This document shows, in pieces, positions 28,350 to 38,107 of a stretch of DNA of 64,000 nucleotides (positions are counted from its first letter, which is position 1; each line of letters opens with the position of its first letter). The DNA is taken from assembly GCA_965199825.1 (NCBI GenBank), contig OZ241329.1, positions 576,001 through 640,000 on the forward strand, in the 5' to 3' direction. The notes below the pieces were generated by a model, which saw only the letters and a program-made list of their open reading frames with translations, did no database searches and was not told the origin of the DNA. This DNA is from Bdellovibrionales bacterium. GTDB lineage: Bacteria > Bdellovibrionota > Bdellovibrionia > Bdellovibrionales > UBA1609. A program made the translations under genes and the position numbers.

Positions 28350-29017
28350 ATTTAAATCAGTATAATTTTGGCGGAGAACTGTTTAGACCCACCCCCGAAA
28401 TCCGAGTGGAAGAGGGCGGCAAACTCTGTGTGGTGGCTACCTCGTGGGGGCCTCGGGCAAGCGGCAAAAAATTATCCAATAATATCATCGAATTTTTTAA
28501 CACCGCAAATCGGGATATTGAAGTCACCTCGCCCTTTCAAAAATTGACGTGCCTATCTTCGCAAAGCAATTGTTTAAGGACCGCAGTCATGCTCGCAAAT
28601 GACTCCAGCTATCGCGAAGATAATAAAAATGAATATTTGAGTGGGCTTGAACTTTTTGTTTCGGCAAAAAATGAAAGCGAACTTTCATTTGTCAGTATCG
28701 GCCAGCCCCATGTGCTTTTGCTGCGCAATCAAAATTTGGTGACTCTCTCCTCAAGTATGGAACTCAGCCTTGATTTGATCACTGAGCCGAAGACTAAGAC
28801 CGCACCGCTCCCCCAAAATCTTTTAGGCCTGCACTCAACTTCAAATTTTGAGGTCAAAAGTTTAAAGTTAAAGCCCAAAGATCAAATTATACTGATTAGC
28901 CGAAGCGTTTTGCCCGCCTCGTTGTTTGAAAAAACATTTAGTATCGATGAAGTTCGATTAAGACTAGCAAAAGACAATCCGGCGATGCCCTTTTGGATTG
29001 GCGAACTTACTTTTTAA
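28346..29017 (+). CDS. PP2C/SpoIIE-fold protein, degenerate
   Basis: FVSIGQPHVLLLR, LLGL, LKPKDQIILISR pattern matches a PP2C core without the DG metal ligands. Confidence 0.55.
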   Translation: MNLNQYNFGGELFRPTPEIRVEEGGKLCVVATSWGPRASGKKLSNNIIEFFNTANRDIEVTSPFQKLTCLSSQSNCLRTAVMLANDSSYREDNKNEYLSGLELFVSAKNESELSFVSIGQPHVLLLRNQNLVTLSSSMELSLDLITEPKTKTAPLPQNLLGLHSTSNFEVKSLKLKPKDQIILISRSVLPASLFEKTFSIDEVRLRLAKDNPAMPFWIGELTF

Positions 29018-29531
29018 TTTTTGTTTTTGTCTCACCAAAATAATAACTCACCACAATTCCATTTTGTAAACCGGCCGCAGTTGCACCACTCAAATAAATA
29101 ACCGGAGCAACTTCGGCTCTTAAGGCCCAGTGCGTACTCGGAAGCAAATATTCAAATGCAATTCCACCCCGAACTCCAAATCGTGCGGTATCCCCTTGGC
29201 GAAGGGGTAGACCAGTGGTCACTCCACCAAAAACATTATACAAAATATGTCCGACCTGCCCTGGCTTTTGCCATGGATCTTCTTCGGCCATAACGTAATA
29301 AGAATAATTGATATCCCCTTCGATAAACCGATCAATGTTGTAGCCTGCGGTAAAAAACACCGCCGATCTCCAACTCAAAAATCTTTGGATGCGCAAACCG
29401 GTGGGCATCCCCAGCACACCGCCAATACCTAACTGACCCTGTCGAAATCCGGTGTACTGGAATGTTTGCTCATCATCGGCATGAGCCGTAATAAAAAAGC
29501 TTAAGAGCAGACCAAGAAAAATGTTTTTCAT
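29007..29531 (-). CDS. Outer-membrane beta-barrel hypothetical protein
   Basis: Signal peptide; GIGGVLGMPTGL; C-terminal VSYYF strand. Confidence 0.7.
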   Translation of the reverse strand: MKNIFLGLLLSFFITAHADDEQTFQYTGFRQGQLGIGGVLGMPTGLRIQRFLSWRSAVFFTAGYNIDRFIEGDINYSYYVMAEEDPWQKPGQVGHILYNVFGGVTTGLPLRQGDTARFGVRGGIAFEYLLPSTHWALRAEVAPVIYLSGATAAGLQNGIVVSYYFGETKTKIKK

Positions 29532-29616
29532 AGGTTTATTCTAGAAACGAGAAATTCATTTCTGCAAGTCGCGATGCGCTTGCTTGTGAACTTGGTTTTA
29601 AGCAAAATAAAGCACG

Positions 29617-30369
29617 ATGTTTGAACTCACCATCAATCCGCCCTTTCATTCCCGCCGCTATGGTCGATGCCTCGACATCAATCTGTTAGGCCCCCAAAAG
29701 TTGTGCTCCTTTGACTGCCCTTATTGCAATCTTGGCCCGAGTGTCCAGCGCCTCAATCTTATTAAAAAAGGTGAGCTCCAACTTCCTACAAAAGCTGAGG
29801 TCTTGGATCAATTTCGAATTAAAACTTTGGAATATCGTGGAACATTCGACCATGTGATCCTTTCGGGCAATGGTGAGCCCACCCTTCATCCTGAATTTGC
29901 CGAGATCGTGACAGATCTTGCTTTAATTAAACGTGAGCTCGAAATTAAGGGAAAGTTTTTGCTGCTTTCAAACGGAGCTCACTTTGAAAATAAAAATATA
30001 GTTACCGCCGCAAATCTTTTTGATGAGCGTGTGATTAAACTTGATGCGGGCAACGACCGCACTTTAAAAAAAGTAAACCAACCTTTGGTGCGTGCGAATG
30101 TGAACAAAATCTACACGAACATGCGAAAGCTCAAAGACGTCATCATTCAAAGTTTTTTTGTTACCGGAAGTGCCGACAATACAAGTAACGAAGCCATCGA
30201 AGACTGGATGGAAGTCATAGGAATTATCAAACCAAAACTTGTACAAATCTGTACGATCAATCAAACGCCGGCCCTAAGTTCGGTGTTGCCCGCAAGTGAA
30301 GACACTCTTTATACCATTGCTTCAAAACTCAAACGGCGCATTCAAATCGAAAGCAATGTCTTCCTTTAA
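29617..30369 (+). CDS. Radical SAM protein
   Basis: CSFDCPYC (CxxxCxxC), SGNGEPTLHP, KLDAG. Confidence 0.9.
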   Translation: MFELTINPPFHSRRYGRCLDINLLGPQKLCSFDCPYCNLGPSVQRLNLIKKGELQLPTKAEVLDQFRIKTLEYRGTFDHVILSGNGEPTLHPEFAEIVTDLALIKRELEIKGKFLLLSNGAHFENKNIVTAANLFDERVIKLDAGNDRTLKKVNQPLVRANVNKIYTNMRKLKDVIIQSFFVTGSADNTSNEAIEDWMEVIGIIKPKLVQICTINQTPALSSVLPASEDTLYTIASKLKRRIQIESNVFL

Positions 30370-31986
30370 TATTTTATTTTTGGTCAACGTCAGATACTTG
30401 TGATTTTCGGGTAAATTTAAAAACAGATCACTCAAGGTCGGATTGAGATTTTTTAAATTTGTATCCCATGGGTATTCCCGCAAAGCATTCAAGCGACTGA
30501 TCCGCTGACCAAGAATTTCCTTGTGATAAAGTGCCAAAAATTTTTCCTGCATCAATTTTTTTTCAGAGTCGCGCGCTTCATGAATCCAAATATAGAGTGC
30601 GTTTAAAGTCTTATCGGTGCAGTCCGGGTTTGCTTCCCCAGTAAAAATCTTGCCACAGCCTTCAAATGATTTAACAAATTTTTTGTTTAAATTCTTTTTT
30701 GCTACCAACTGCCACAAGTCTTGATGATGTTCGACACCCAATTGCTCAAGCTTTGACCATGTATGATTCTGCAGAGCCTGGGTCACACTGGTGTCATAGA
30801 GGGGTGTGGATGTCGGTGTATCTAAATAGGGTCCGTAGCCAAAATTTTTCATTTGTGCCAAAAACTTTTGTTGGTGAGGGTCTTCACTTGGGAAAGGTGC
30901 GGTTTCGAGTTTATCGACCAAGGTATTAAAAAGCTCGGGATGTTTATCATAAATAAAAAGATAAGGATCTGATCTGAGCGCCCCCCTTATGCGGTCACCC
31001 CCGCGCCAAAATCGCAAGGCTGTTTCAGAAATCAAAAAGCGCTCGTCGGGCCACTGCACATGGGGTGTTTCTAAAAATCCAACCAAACTGAGTGCCGGAG
31101 TTGATTCTAAATAAGATAAATTCATTAAATCAAAAAGAGTTCGGCCGACGTCAACCAAAGAGGTGCTTCGATCTATTTTCCACTCGCGAGGTTCTTGTCC
31201 TGCTTTACGAACGGGCTTTATAAACAAAGCCACTTGGGTGCTCGAACTGTGAAGTTCGTTGAGAGAATCCGAACCATTAAGCCCCATTAAAATTACAGTG
31301 GTCTGATCCCATCGCTTTATTTTTTTGAGTTGGGTGACCAAAATATTTAGAGCCTCGCCCACTTCGCCAAGTTGGCTGGTAAAAGAACGTTCTCTCACCT
31401 CACCTTTTAAACTCACTGTGGTCACTTCGGGAAATTGCAGATCAGCAATGTGCACCGCTGCAAAAAAAGACTCGAGCTCACCGAGCTCGCCGATCCATTC
31501 ATTGAGGTGATCGAAGGTATTGCGGGCTGTTCGATAAAGGCGATTTTGGGTCAAAAAAATGGAGTCATCAAAAAGTTCAAACCCCTGGACCAATCCCGAC
31601 TTGCGAAAAATTGGAGGACCACCAGAAAAAAAAGCGGTGTGATAGTTTTGAGCAATTGCAGATTCGGCAACGGTATTGAATTCGGCTGATAAAAAATCGG
31701 TACCATTGTCGTGAACACCAGTTTGCAAAGGAAATTGTGCTGTCAAAACCGATGCCCAAGTGGATTGACTCATCGTGGAGGGGGTGTAGGCGTGAGTGAA
31801 ACGCACCGACTCCTCACAAAATGTGGCAAACCCAGGAAGATCGCGCGAGAGATAAGGATCTGCTCCACAGGAAACAACATTAAATCCTAAACGCTCAACC
31901 CCAATCACCAAAACCGAAGGCTTTTGATTTCCATAAAGGTGACATGCGCACAACTGCATTGAGATAAAAATGAGGAGCCATTTCAT
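30322..31986 (-). CDS. Alkaline phosphatase/sulfatase-superfamily exported protein
   Basis: PSVLVIGV, FTHAYTPS..S...ASVLT, GLVQGFELFDD, SLVDVGRTL. Confidence 0.8.
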   Translation of the reverse strand: MKWLLIFISMQLCACHLYGNQKPSVLVIGVERLGFNVVSCGADPYLSRDLPGFATFCEESVRFTHAYTPSTMSQSTWASVLTAQFPLQTGVHDNGTDFLSAEFNTVAESAIAQNYHTAFFSGGPPIFRKSGLVQGFELFDDSIFLTQNRLYRTARNTFDHLNEWIGELGELESFFAAVHIADLQFPEVTTVSLKGEVRERSFTSQLGEVGEALNILVTQLKKIKRWDQTTVILMGLNGSDSLNELHSSSTQVALFIKPVRKAGQEPREWKIDRSTSLVDVGRTLFDLMNLSYLESTPALSLVGFLETPHVQWPDERFLISETALRFWRGGDRIRGALRSDPYLFIYDKHPELFNTLVDKLETAPFPSEDPHQQKFLAQMKNFGYGPYLDTPTSTPLYDTSVTQALQNHTWSKLEQLGVEHHQDLWQLVAKKNLNKKFVKSFEGCGKIFTGEANPDCTDKTLNALYIWIHEARDSEKKLMQEKFLALYHKEILGQRISRLNALREYPWDTNLKNLNPTLSDLFLNLPENHKYLTLTKNKILKEDIAFDLNAPFEF

Positions 31987-32053
31987 AAACCTTGAATGTT
32001 ACCTTGACCCTGAACTTAACGACCAGGGATAATTTTGCTTTTGGGAGGTTCAC

Positions 32054-32683
32054 ATGCTGACAGATAAATTTTTTGTTATTGCCGAAATTGGCCACGAGAC
32101 AACTCTTTGGCTATTGATTTCTTTAAGCGTGTTGAGCATCGCATTTATTCTGGAACGATTTATTTATTTGCGCCGCGTGCGCGCACACAGCCAGCGTGTC
32201 AGCATCCGCATGCGTGAAGTTTTGCAATCCCATAGCCTAAAAGAACTCGAAGATTTAAGTAAGGATCGCGAATCGGTCGAAGGCCGCGCACTTTCTTACG
32301 GCCTAAGGCATGTTCGCGACAGTGGACCTCAAGGGCTTGAAGAAATTTTTAATGCCTACGCCTCACTCGAGCGACCTTTGCTCGAGCGCTACTTAAATTT
32401 TTTGGCAACCGTCGGCTCGAATGCCCCATTTATTGGTTTGCTTGGAACTGTGTTTGGAATCATGGATGCTTTTCGCGGATTGGCGGTCTCGCAAGGTGAT
32501 GCCTCGGTTGTGATGATCGGCATTTCTAAAGCACTGATTGCAACCGCAATTGGCCTCGTGGTCGCGATCCCCGCGGTCATTTCGTTTAACTATTTTCAAA
32601 AACAAGTTCGCGGAATTTTATCGAGTCTAGATAGTGTGCGAGATTTATGTGTGGCCTATTCTAAGAGCGAGGTAAAATCTTAA
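32054..32683 (+). CDS. exbB: MotA/TolQ/ExbB proton channel
   Basis: LATVGSNAPFIGLLGTVFGI, ALIATAIGL. Confidence 0.9.
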   Translation: MLTDKFFVIAEIGHETTLWLLISLSVLSIAFILERFIYLRRVRAHSQRVSIRMREVLQSHSLKELEDLSKDRESVEGRALSYGLRHVRDSGPQGLEEIFNAYASLERPLLERYLNFLATVGSNAPFIGLLGTVFGIMDAFRGLAVSQGDASVVMIGISKALIATAIGLVVAIPAVISFNYFQKQVRGILSSLDSVRDLCVAYSKSEVKS

Positions 32684-33096
32684 TGGCTGGCTCAACCCGT
32701 AGCAACGCTGGGGATGAACCGATTGCCGAGATCAATATTGTTCCCTTTGTTGATATTATTTTAGTTGTCCTCATTATTTTTATGGTCACCACACCCGTGA
32801 TCATGAAGCCGAGTATCAATGTGAATCTTCCCCAAGCCGGAAGTGGCGATGAGTCCAAGGCCTCAAAACTAACAATTAGCATCAGTGCTGACGGCGCCAC
32901 AAGTCTTAACGGAAAACCGACAAGTGCCGAAGAGATCGGCACCTCGGCCCAAGCTTTGGCTAAACAAAATCCAGATACTCAAGCAATTATCTCGGCCGAT
33001 AAAGATGTGACCCATGGCAAAGTTGTGGCGATTATCGATGTCGTAAAAACGGCGGGGATTAAAAAGTTTGCGATCACGATTGATAAAAAAAAATAG
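32683..33096 (+). CDS. exbD: ExbD/TolR protein
   Basis: EINIVPFVDIILVVLIIFMVT, ADKDVTHG. Confidence 0.92.
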   Translation: MAGSTRSNAGDEPIAEINIVPFVDIILVVLIIFMVTTPVIMKPSINVNLPQAGSGDESKASKLTISISADGATSLNGKPTSAEEIGTSAQALAKQNPDTQAIISADKDVTHGKVVAIIDVVKTAGIKKFAITIDKKK

Positions 33097-33877
33097 AGCC
33101 AGCACCATTAAATTGGGTATGTTCTAGGATTTTTTCTTTGGCCATGGGCAGCGGCACATGGCAAGCCATCAACCTCTTCATCCATCGCTCATCCAAAGGT
33201 TTGGCCAAATTTTCAAGATGGGTTGAGGCTTGGGTGGTCTGTTCTTTAAATCCCAATGCCGGTCCATATCCCACAAAAAAACCAGCACTCAAAAGTCCTG
33301 CCCGAATAGGCGTCGCCTGACTGTAGGTAAATAAGTTTGTGGTTTGACAACGTGAACGAAGGTTTTTAAACACATCCGCAGTCCACATTTCAGAATTTAC
33401 TTTTGGCGAGTACGGTTCAAAAAAAATCAGATCAGCAAATGTTTTTTCGGACTCAATTGTTTGACGAAAATCTCCGTAACGAAGCTCCCAGGATAGGTGA
33501 TCCTTTTGCCATTGGCCTTTTTCTAAAATCGATTCGATCGCATTTTTAAAAGGTGCTAAAAAAGAAAATTGCTCGATATTTTGCAAAGCAAATTGCAACA
33601 GCTCAAGATCCTTTTCAAAACTCACTATTTTTATTGGACGAGATGTGTGTTCAGAAGCGGTCAATGCAGCAATGGCATTGGTGGCTGCACCTAAGCCCAC
33701 ATCATAAATCACATATTCTGAACCGGGTTGGGTGAGATGCTCCAATATCCTTGATGGTTCGATATAGAGCTGCTGAGCTTCGGCCCAGGGGCCGATGGGG
33801 TTATGCATGATTTCGTTAAGCTCGTTGTTGCGGATCGAAAGGCTGCCGGCGGTGGTTGTTACAACTTCAAACTTCAT
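33074..33877 (-). CDS. MnmC-type SAM-dependent methyltransferase (stand-alone)
   Basis: YDVGLGAATN, SFEKD, PYSPKVNSEMWT, TYS. Confidence 0.8.
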   Translation of the reverse strand: MKFEVVTTTAGSLSIRNNELNEIMHNPIGPWAEAQQLYIEPSRILEHLTQPGSEYVIYDVGLGAATNAIAALTASEHTSRPIKIVSFEKDLELLQFALQNIEQFSFLAPFKNAIESILEKGQWQKDHLSWELRYGDFRQTIESEKTFADLIFFEPYSPKVNSEMWTADVFKNLRSRCQTTNLFTYSQATPIRAGLLSAGFFVGYGPALGFKEQTTQASTHLENLAKPLDERWMKRLMACHVPLPMAKEKILEHTQFNGAGSIFFYQS

Positions 33878-34890
33878 CCCCTTAAGGTATCGGGATGGTC
33901 GTAAAAATACAGCATGAATTTAAGTGCCTCGGTGTACATTCCATTAGGATCTTTGGTTTTTAAAAGCTCGTAATCTTTTCGAAACAGTTCGGCTTGACTG
34001 TTCGCCATTGTTTTTTTCAATGCGCTTAAGAATGCGGCTTGGGCTTTGGTTCCACTCTGCGATTTTTTTTCCAAAAGTGCTGCTCTCAGTTGATCTCGAA
34101 GTTCAAACAGCTGATCATAACGTTCGGACCGCTCATCATCCTCGGAATTGTTCATTGCCGCTTTAAAATCGGCCTGGGCTTTAAACTTATTTTGTGTATC
34201 GAGCATCAAACTGTCGGCGACCGGAAGTCCTAATCCTAAATACATATAATTTAAAATTGATTTGGTCACATAGCGATCAGCAAAGCTTTTTAAAGTTCCA
34301 CCAAGTTGAAAAATGCTGGGTGCAAACTTAACCAACACCGCATCTAAAAGTTCGCCGCCAAGAAGTAGACCCGTCACCTTTACCGAAAAATTTGCCGCGT
34401 CTCCTACAAATAAAATTTGTTTTGCAAACCAATTAAAATCTTTATTATCGACAGTATTTAGACAGTGTGAAGTTGCTCGCAAAAAACCATCTGAGTTAAT
34501 CAAAAAGAGTGCATAGGCCGAATTCGCCCAAAATATTTTTGAGTTCGATGGAATATCGGCATACTTGATAAGATCAGCTTTTTTACCAAAATGTTCGTCA
34601 TAAGGAGTTGCAGCACCCTCGGCCATAATCTTTAGCCAGGCCTTAGAGATTTGCTCGAGTCCAAAGGATGGATGACCATAAGTGTTGGCTTGACCCATAG
34701 ACCACGCGTAGCGATAGCCCTCACACAGTTTGTAAGTCATCACCATCGATTCATTTTCGACAAAAGCTTTGTACCTTAAGAGTTCAGAATACTGAGCAGT
34801 ATCGCCATCTTTGGCAAAATTCAAAAGATCAGAGGTCATATCCTCAGCATGAAGAGTTGTGCAAAAAAAAATCAAAACCAATCGGATCAA
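33874..34890 (-). CDS. Hypothetical exported protein
   Basis: Signal peptide (TLHA), 338 aa, overlaps its neighbours in an operon-like way. Confidence 0.7.
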   Translation of the reverse strand: MIRLVLIFFCTTLHAEDMTSDLLNFAKDGDTAQYSELLRYKAFVENESMVMTYKLCEGYRYAWSMGQANTYGHPSFGLEQISKAWLKIMAEGAATPYDEHFGKKADLIKYADIPSNSKIFWANSAYALFLINSDGFLRATSHCLNTVDNKDFNWFAKQILFVGDAANFSVKVTGLLLGGELLDAVLVKFAPSIFQLGGTLKSFADRYVTKSILNYMYLGLGLPVADSLMLDTQNKFKAQADFKAAMNNSEDDERSERYDQLFELRDQLRAALLEKKSQSGTKAQAAFLSALKKTMANSQAELFRKDYELLKTKDPNGMYTEALKFMLYFYDHPDTLRG

Positions 34891-35738
34891 TTGAATGCTC
34901 CAGCCTCTTCAAGTTCATTGCGCAATTGTTGAATCTCAGCACTGAGTTTCACGCGCCAGTTGTAGAGGTCTTTGGTATTGAATGAAAGATAGTAAACACC
35001 GAATGAGGTTCGTACCAATTCAAATCCAAACCAAGCGTAGGTCGCGTATGAGGCCCATTTGAGGCCTGTTGTAAAACCGCTCGACACTCGTTTCATTAAA
35101 CCAGGCCGCACGAGTTGACTAATTTCTTTATCAACCGCAGCAAGCGAAGCGATGTTTTCGCTCATTTCTTGAGTGATTACCAATCTTGACTGAACCATGA
35201 GTTCTTCGACCTCAGACACTATGATTTCGTTGTTGAGTCCGGGTGTTGAGGTATGTAGCGATTCCATCTTGAGGTGAAGCTCGGTCGCTAACTTTGATTT
35301 TTCACCTTGAAGCTGAGCAAGTTTCGACTGAAATTTACGCATATTTTCGGGTTTAAATTCGGCTAATTTCAGCTCCTCAGGAGTCATCACTGGAGCTTTT
35401 TTCTGAAACGCTTTTTTTAAGGCTGCCACCCCTAGGACTGTTGCGATAGGAATTACCAACTGTTCGCCAGGAAAACTCACTGGGAGTAATCCTGTTTGCC
35501 TTTTTGTCACAAACTCTGCGTGAGCGAGTTCTTCGAATAATAATTGATCTACTGTGAGCTTAAGAAGCTTGGCGAGAATAGGATCAGGGATTGATTTATC
35601 AACTTTTTTAAGCCACTCACCAGTGGCTTCAAGCATCTCACCCGCTTCATCGGGGTTTGTAGGTATGGTGACAGTGACCGCAGCGTGACTGAAGTTTGAG
35701 ACCAATAAAATTGCACTTAAAAAAATAGTTTTAATCAT
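34887..35738 (-). CDS. Hypothetical exported/membrane protein
   Basis: Signal peptide (SHA), coiled-coil and hydrophobic segments. Confidence 0.7.
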   Translation of the reverse strand: MIKTIFLSAILLVSNFSHAAVTVTIPTNPDEAGEMLEATGEWLKKVDKSIPDPILAKLLKLTVDQLLFEELAHAEFVTKRQTGLLPVSFPGEQLVIPIATVLGVAALKKAFQKKAPVMTPEELKLAEFKPENMRKFQSKLAQLQGEKSKLATELHLKMESLHTSTPGLNNEIIVSEVEELMVQSRLVITQEMSENIASLAAVDKEISQLVRPGLMKRVSSGFTTGLKWASYATYAWFGFELVRTSFGVYYLSFNTKDLYNWRVKLSAEIQQLRNELEEAGAFN

Positions 35739-35765
35739 AAAAGCCCTCGAGATAAGAGCTTTAAA

Positions 35766-35781
35766 AGCAGACTTGATGCCA
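35766..35781 (-). promoter_or_regulatory. sigma54 promoter
   Basis: TGGCATCAAGTCTGCT (GG-N10-GC) upstream of 35738. Confidence 0.6.
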
Positions 35782-35885
35782 CGAAGCCTTCGAGTCTATT
35801 TTGATTTAAACCATAAGGTAGGCTGAAGAGCGGCATCTCGAGTGACGTATTTTGGCAAGTGCTGATGGGCTGGATTCCCGTTTTA

Positions 35886-36051
35886 TCGTGCCCACTCGAC
35901 GACACATTTTTTGTTTAGGCACTAAATCCGATCAAGCACCTGATCACAAAGTTCTGGTGTTGGACCATCACTCTCTTCGTGCAGGAGTGGTAAAAAAATA
36001 TCATGATCGGTCTTTGGCAGCAGTGTCATGATAAAATTTCGTGCCCGCCGA
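35886..36051 (-). repeat. Solo pair of GGGCACGA REP-like repeats
   Basis: Minus strand TCGGCGGGCACGAAATTT (core 36039-36046) and GTGGGCACGATAAAA (core 35886-35893). Confidence 0.55.
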
Positions 36052-36667
36052 CCCCGAGCGCTTTGAAATGCGCAACCACCGAAGCCTTAAGTGCTCCGCG
36101 ATCAACCGCGCAACCCAAAATTTCTTCAAGCGAAGTCATCGTTTCAGTTGTAAACCCACAAGGTTTAATACCAGTAAACGCAATGGGATCGTACCCAATA
36201 TTTAAGGCCGCACCATGAAAGCTCACCCAGCGTTTTACGCCAATACCAATTGACGCCAGTTTTTTTTGCACAACCCACACACCGGTTTCCTTTTTTTCAA
36301 AACCACCTGTCGCCTGAATGCCAAAATTTGAAACCACATCAATCAAAAGTGTTTCGATAGCTTTTAAATATTTGTGTAAGTCTTGAGCCGGAAATAATTG
36401 GCGCGATCTTTTTAAATTTAAAATGGGATAAATCACGAGCTGTTTTGGGCCATGATAAGTCGCGCGGCCGCCTCTATTGACTTCGAGCACTGGGCCCGTC
36501 CAACCCAAAATATCGGATGCCGAACTTTTGCGGCCAAGGGTCACAATCGAGGGATGCGAACAAAAAACAATAACTTCTTCGCCGCCGTTTGCCACGTCTT
36601 CGACAAGTTTTAATTGTTGATCGAGGGCTAAAGAATAATCGATAGCACCCCAATCCAAAAATCGCAT
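36026..36667 (-). CDS. lipB: Lipoyl(octanoyl) transferase
   Basis: HPSIVTLGR, RGGRATYHGPKQLVIYPI, KLASIGI, HGAALN, IKPCG. Confidence 0.95.
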   Translation of the reverse strand: MRFLDWGAIDYSLALDQQLKLVEDVANGGEEVIVFCSHPSIVTLGRKSSASDILGWTGPVLEVNRGGRATYHGPKQLVIYPILNLKRSRQLFPAQDLHKYLKAIETLLIDVVSNFGIQATGGFEKKETGVWVVQKKLASIGIGVKRWVSFHGAALNIGYDPIAFTGIKPCGFTTETMTSLEEILGCAVDRGALKASVVAHFKALGVGGHEILS

Positions 36668-38100
36668 TAAGCTCTCGTTGCGGTTCTAAGCGGTCGTTGA
36701 ATCACATGGATCGCATGCCCGAGTGCGGCCTCTGCGGCTTCCATCATGGTCTCACCAAGAGTGGGATGGGGATGAATGCTGAGGGCAATATCTTCGAGGC
36801 GCGCACCCATTTCGATTGCAAGGACTGCTTCAGAAATAAGATTACTCGCATCGGGCCCACAGATATGAACACCGAGCACAATATGAGTCTTTGCATCGGC
36901 GATGATTTTTATAAATCCATCGGTTTCCATCATGCTGACCGCACGGCCATTTGCGGCGAATGGAAATTTGCCAATTTTTAAATCATTAAATCCTTGAGCG
37001 CGACATTCTTCTTCAAGCAATCCGGCCGAAGCAATTTCTGGTTCAACAAAAATAACGGCAGGGACTGTTTTTGCATCGTACGCACGATTTTTGCCCGCGA
37101 TCACTTCGGCCACAAGCACACCCTCGTGACTTGCTTTATGGGCAAGCATGGGTTGGCCTGCCACATCACCAATCGCAAAAATTCCTTTAAGATTGGTTTT
37201 GCGTTGAGCATCGACATTAATAAATCCGCGCTCATTGATTGATAAACCAATTTCTTTTAGTCCGAGCTGATCAGAATTGGGTTTACGACCAACAGTTGAA
37301 ATCACAATTTCGGCTTCGATTGTTTTTGTTGAGCCCTTTTGTTCAAACGAGACCGTGTATCCGCCGTCTTTCTTAGTCATGCTTTTAGCAAAACTTTCGA
37401 AATGGGTTTGCACTCCGCGCTTTTTAATTTTGCGCGCAACAAGTTGAACGCAATCGGGATCGGCCATACCTTTAAGCAATTGATCCGACGCTTCGACGAT
37501 CTGAATCTTACAACCCAAGGTCGCCATGTAGTTGCCGATCTCTACTCCGATGTAGCCGCCACCAATAATGATTGCCGACACGGGCAAGTGATCAAGAGCT
37601 AAGGCGCCGGTTGAGGAGAGCACGTCTTTTTCATCAATCTTAAATCCTGGGATTTCGATCGGCCGCGAGCCCGAAGCCACAATATAATTTTTGGCTTCAA
37701 TAGTTTGTGTGCCAGTAGCGGATTTGACTTCGAGTTGTTGCGCCGACTTAAAGCGAGCTTCACCCATGATCACGGTGATGTTGTTGCCCTTTAAAAGTTG
37801 CGACACTCCCCCACTCATCCGGTCACAAACAGATTGTTTCCATTGGACAAGTTTTTTCATGTTGAGTTCGATCGGGCCTTTGATTTCGATTCCCATTTGA
37901 TCGGCATCATGAGAAGCACGCTCAAAAAAATGGGCAGCCGTGATCATCGCTTTTGAAGGGATGCATCCCACATTCAAACAAACTCCGCCTAAATATTCTC
38001 GCTCAATCACCACCGTTTTTAATCCCAATTGGGCCGAGCGAATGGCCGCAACATATCCGCCGGGGCCTGCACCAATCACACAAACGTCAAAAGCTTCCAC
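36667..38100 (-). CDS. lpdA: Dihydrolipoyl dehydrogenase (E3)
   Basis: GAGPGGY, GGVCLNVGCIPSK, HPHPTLGE. Confidence 0.97.
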   Translation of the reverse strand: MEAFDVCVIGAGPGGYVAAIRSAQLGLKTVVIEREYLGGVCLNVGCIPSKAMITAAHFFERASHDADQMGIEIKGPIELNMKKLVQWKQSVCDRMSGGVSQLLKGNNITVIMGEARFKSAQQLEVKSATGTQTIEAKNYIVASGSRPIEIPGFKIDEKDVLSSTGALALDHLPVSAIIIGGGYIGVEIGNYMATLGCKIQIVEASDQLLKGMADPDCVQLVARKIKKRGVQTHFESFAKSMTKKDGGYTVSFEQKGSTKTIEAEIVISTVGRKPNSDQLGLKEIGLSINERGFINVDAQRKTNLKGIFAIGDVAGQPMLAHKASHEGVLVAEVIAGKNRAYDAKTVPAVIFVEPEIASAGLLEEECRAQGFNDLKIGKFPFAANGRAVSMMETDGFIKIIADAKTHIVLGVHICGPDASNLISEAVLAIEMGARLEDIALSIHPHPTLGETMMEAAEAALGHAIHVIQRPLRTATRA

Positions 38101-38107
38101 TAATTCC

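Noticed and set aside
29617..31986. Radical SAM protein as a sulfatase-maturating enzyme for its neighbour
   Set aside because: It lacks SPASM cysteines, the genes are convergent, and the neighbour lacks the C/SxPxR motif
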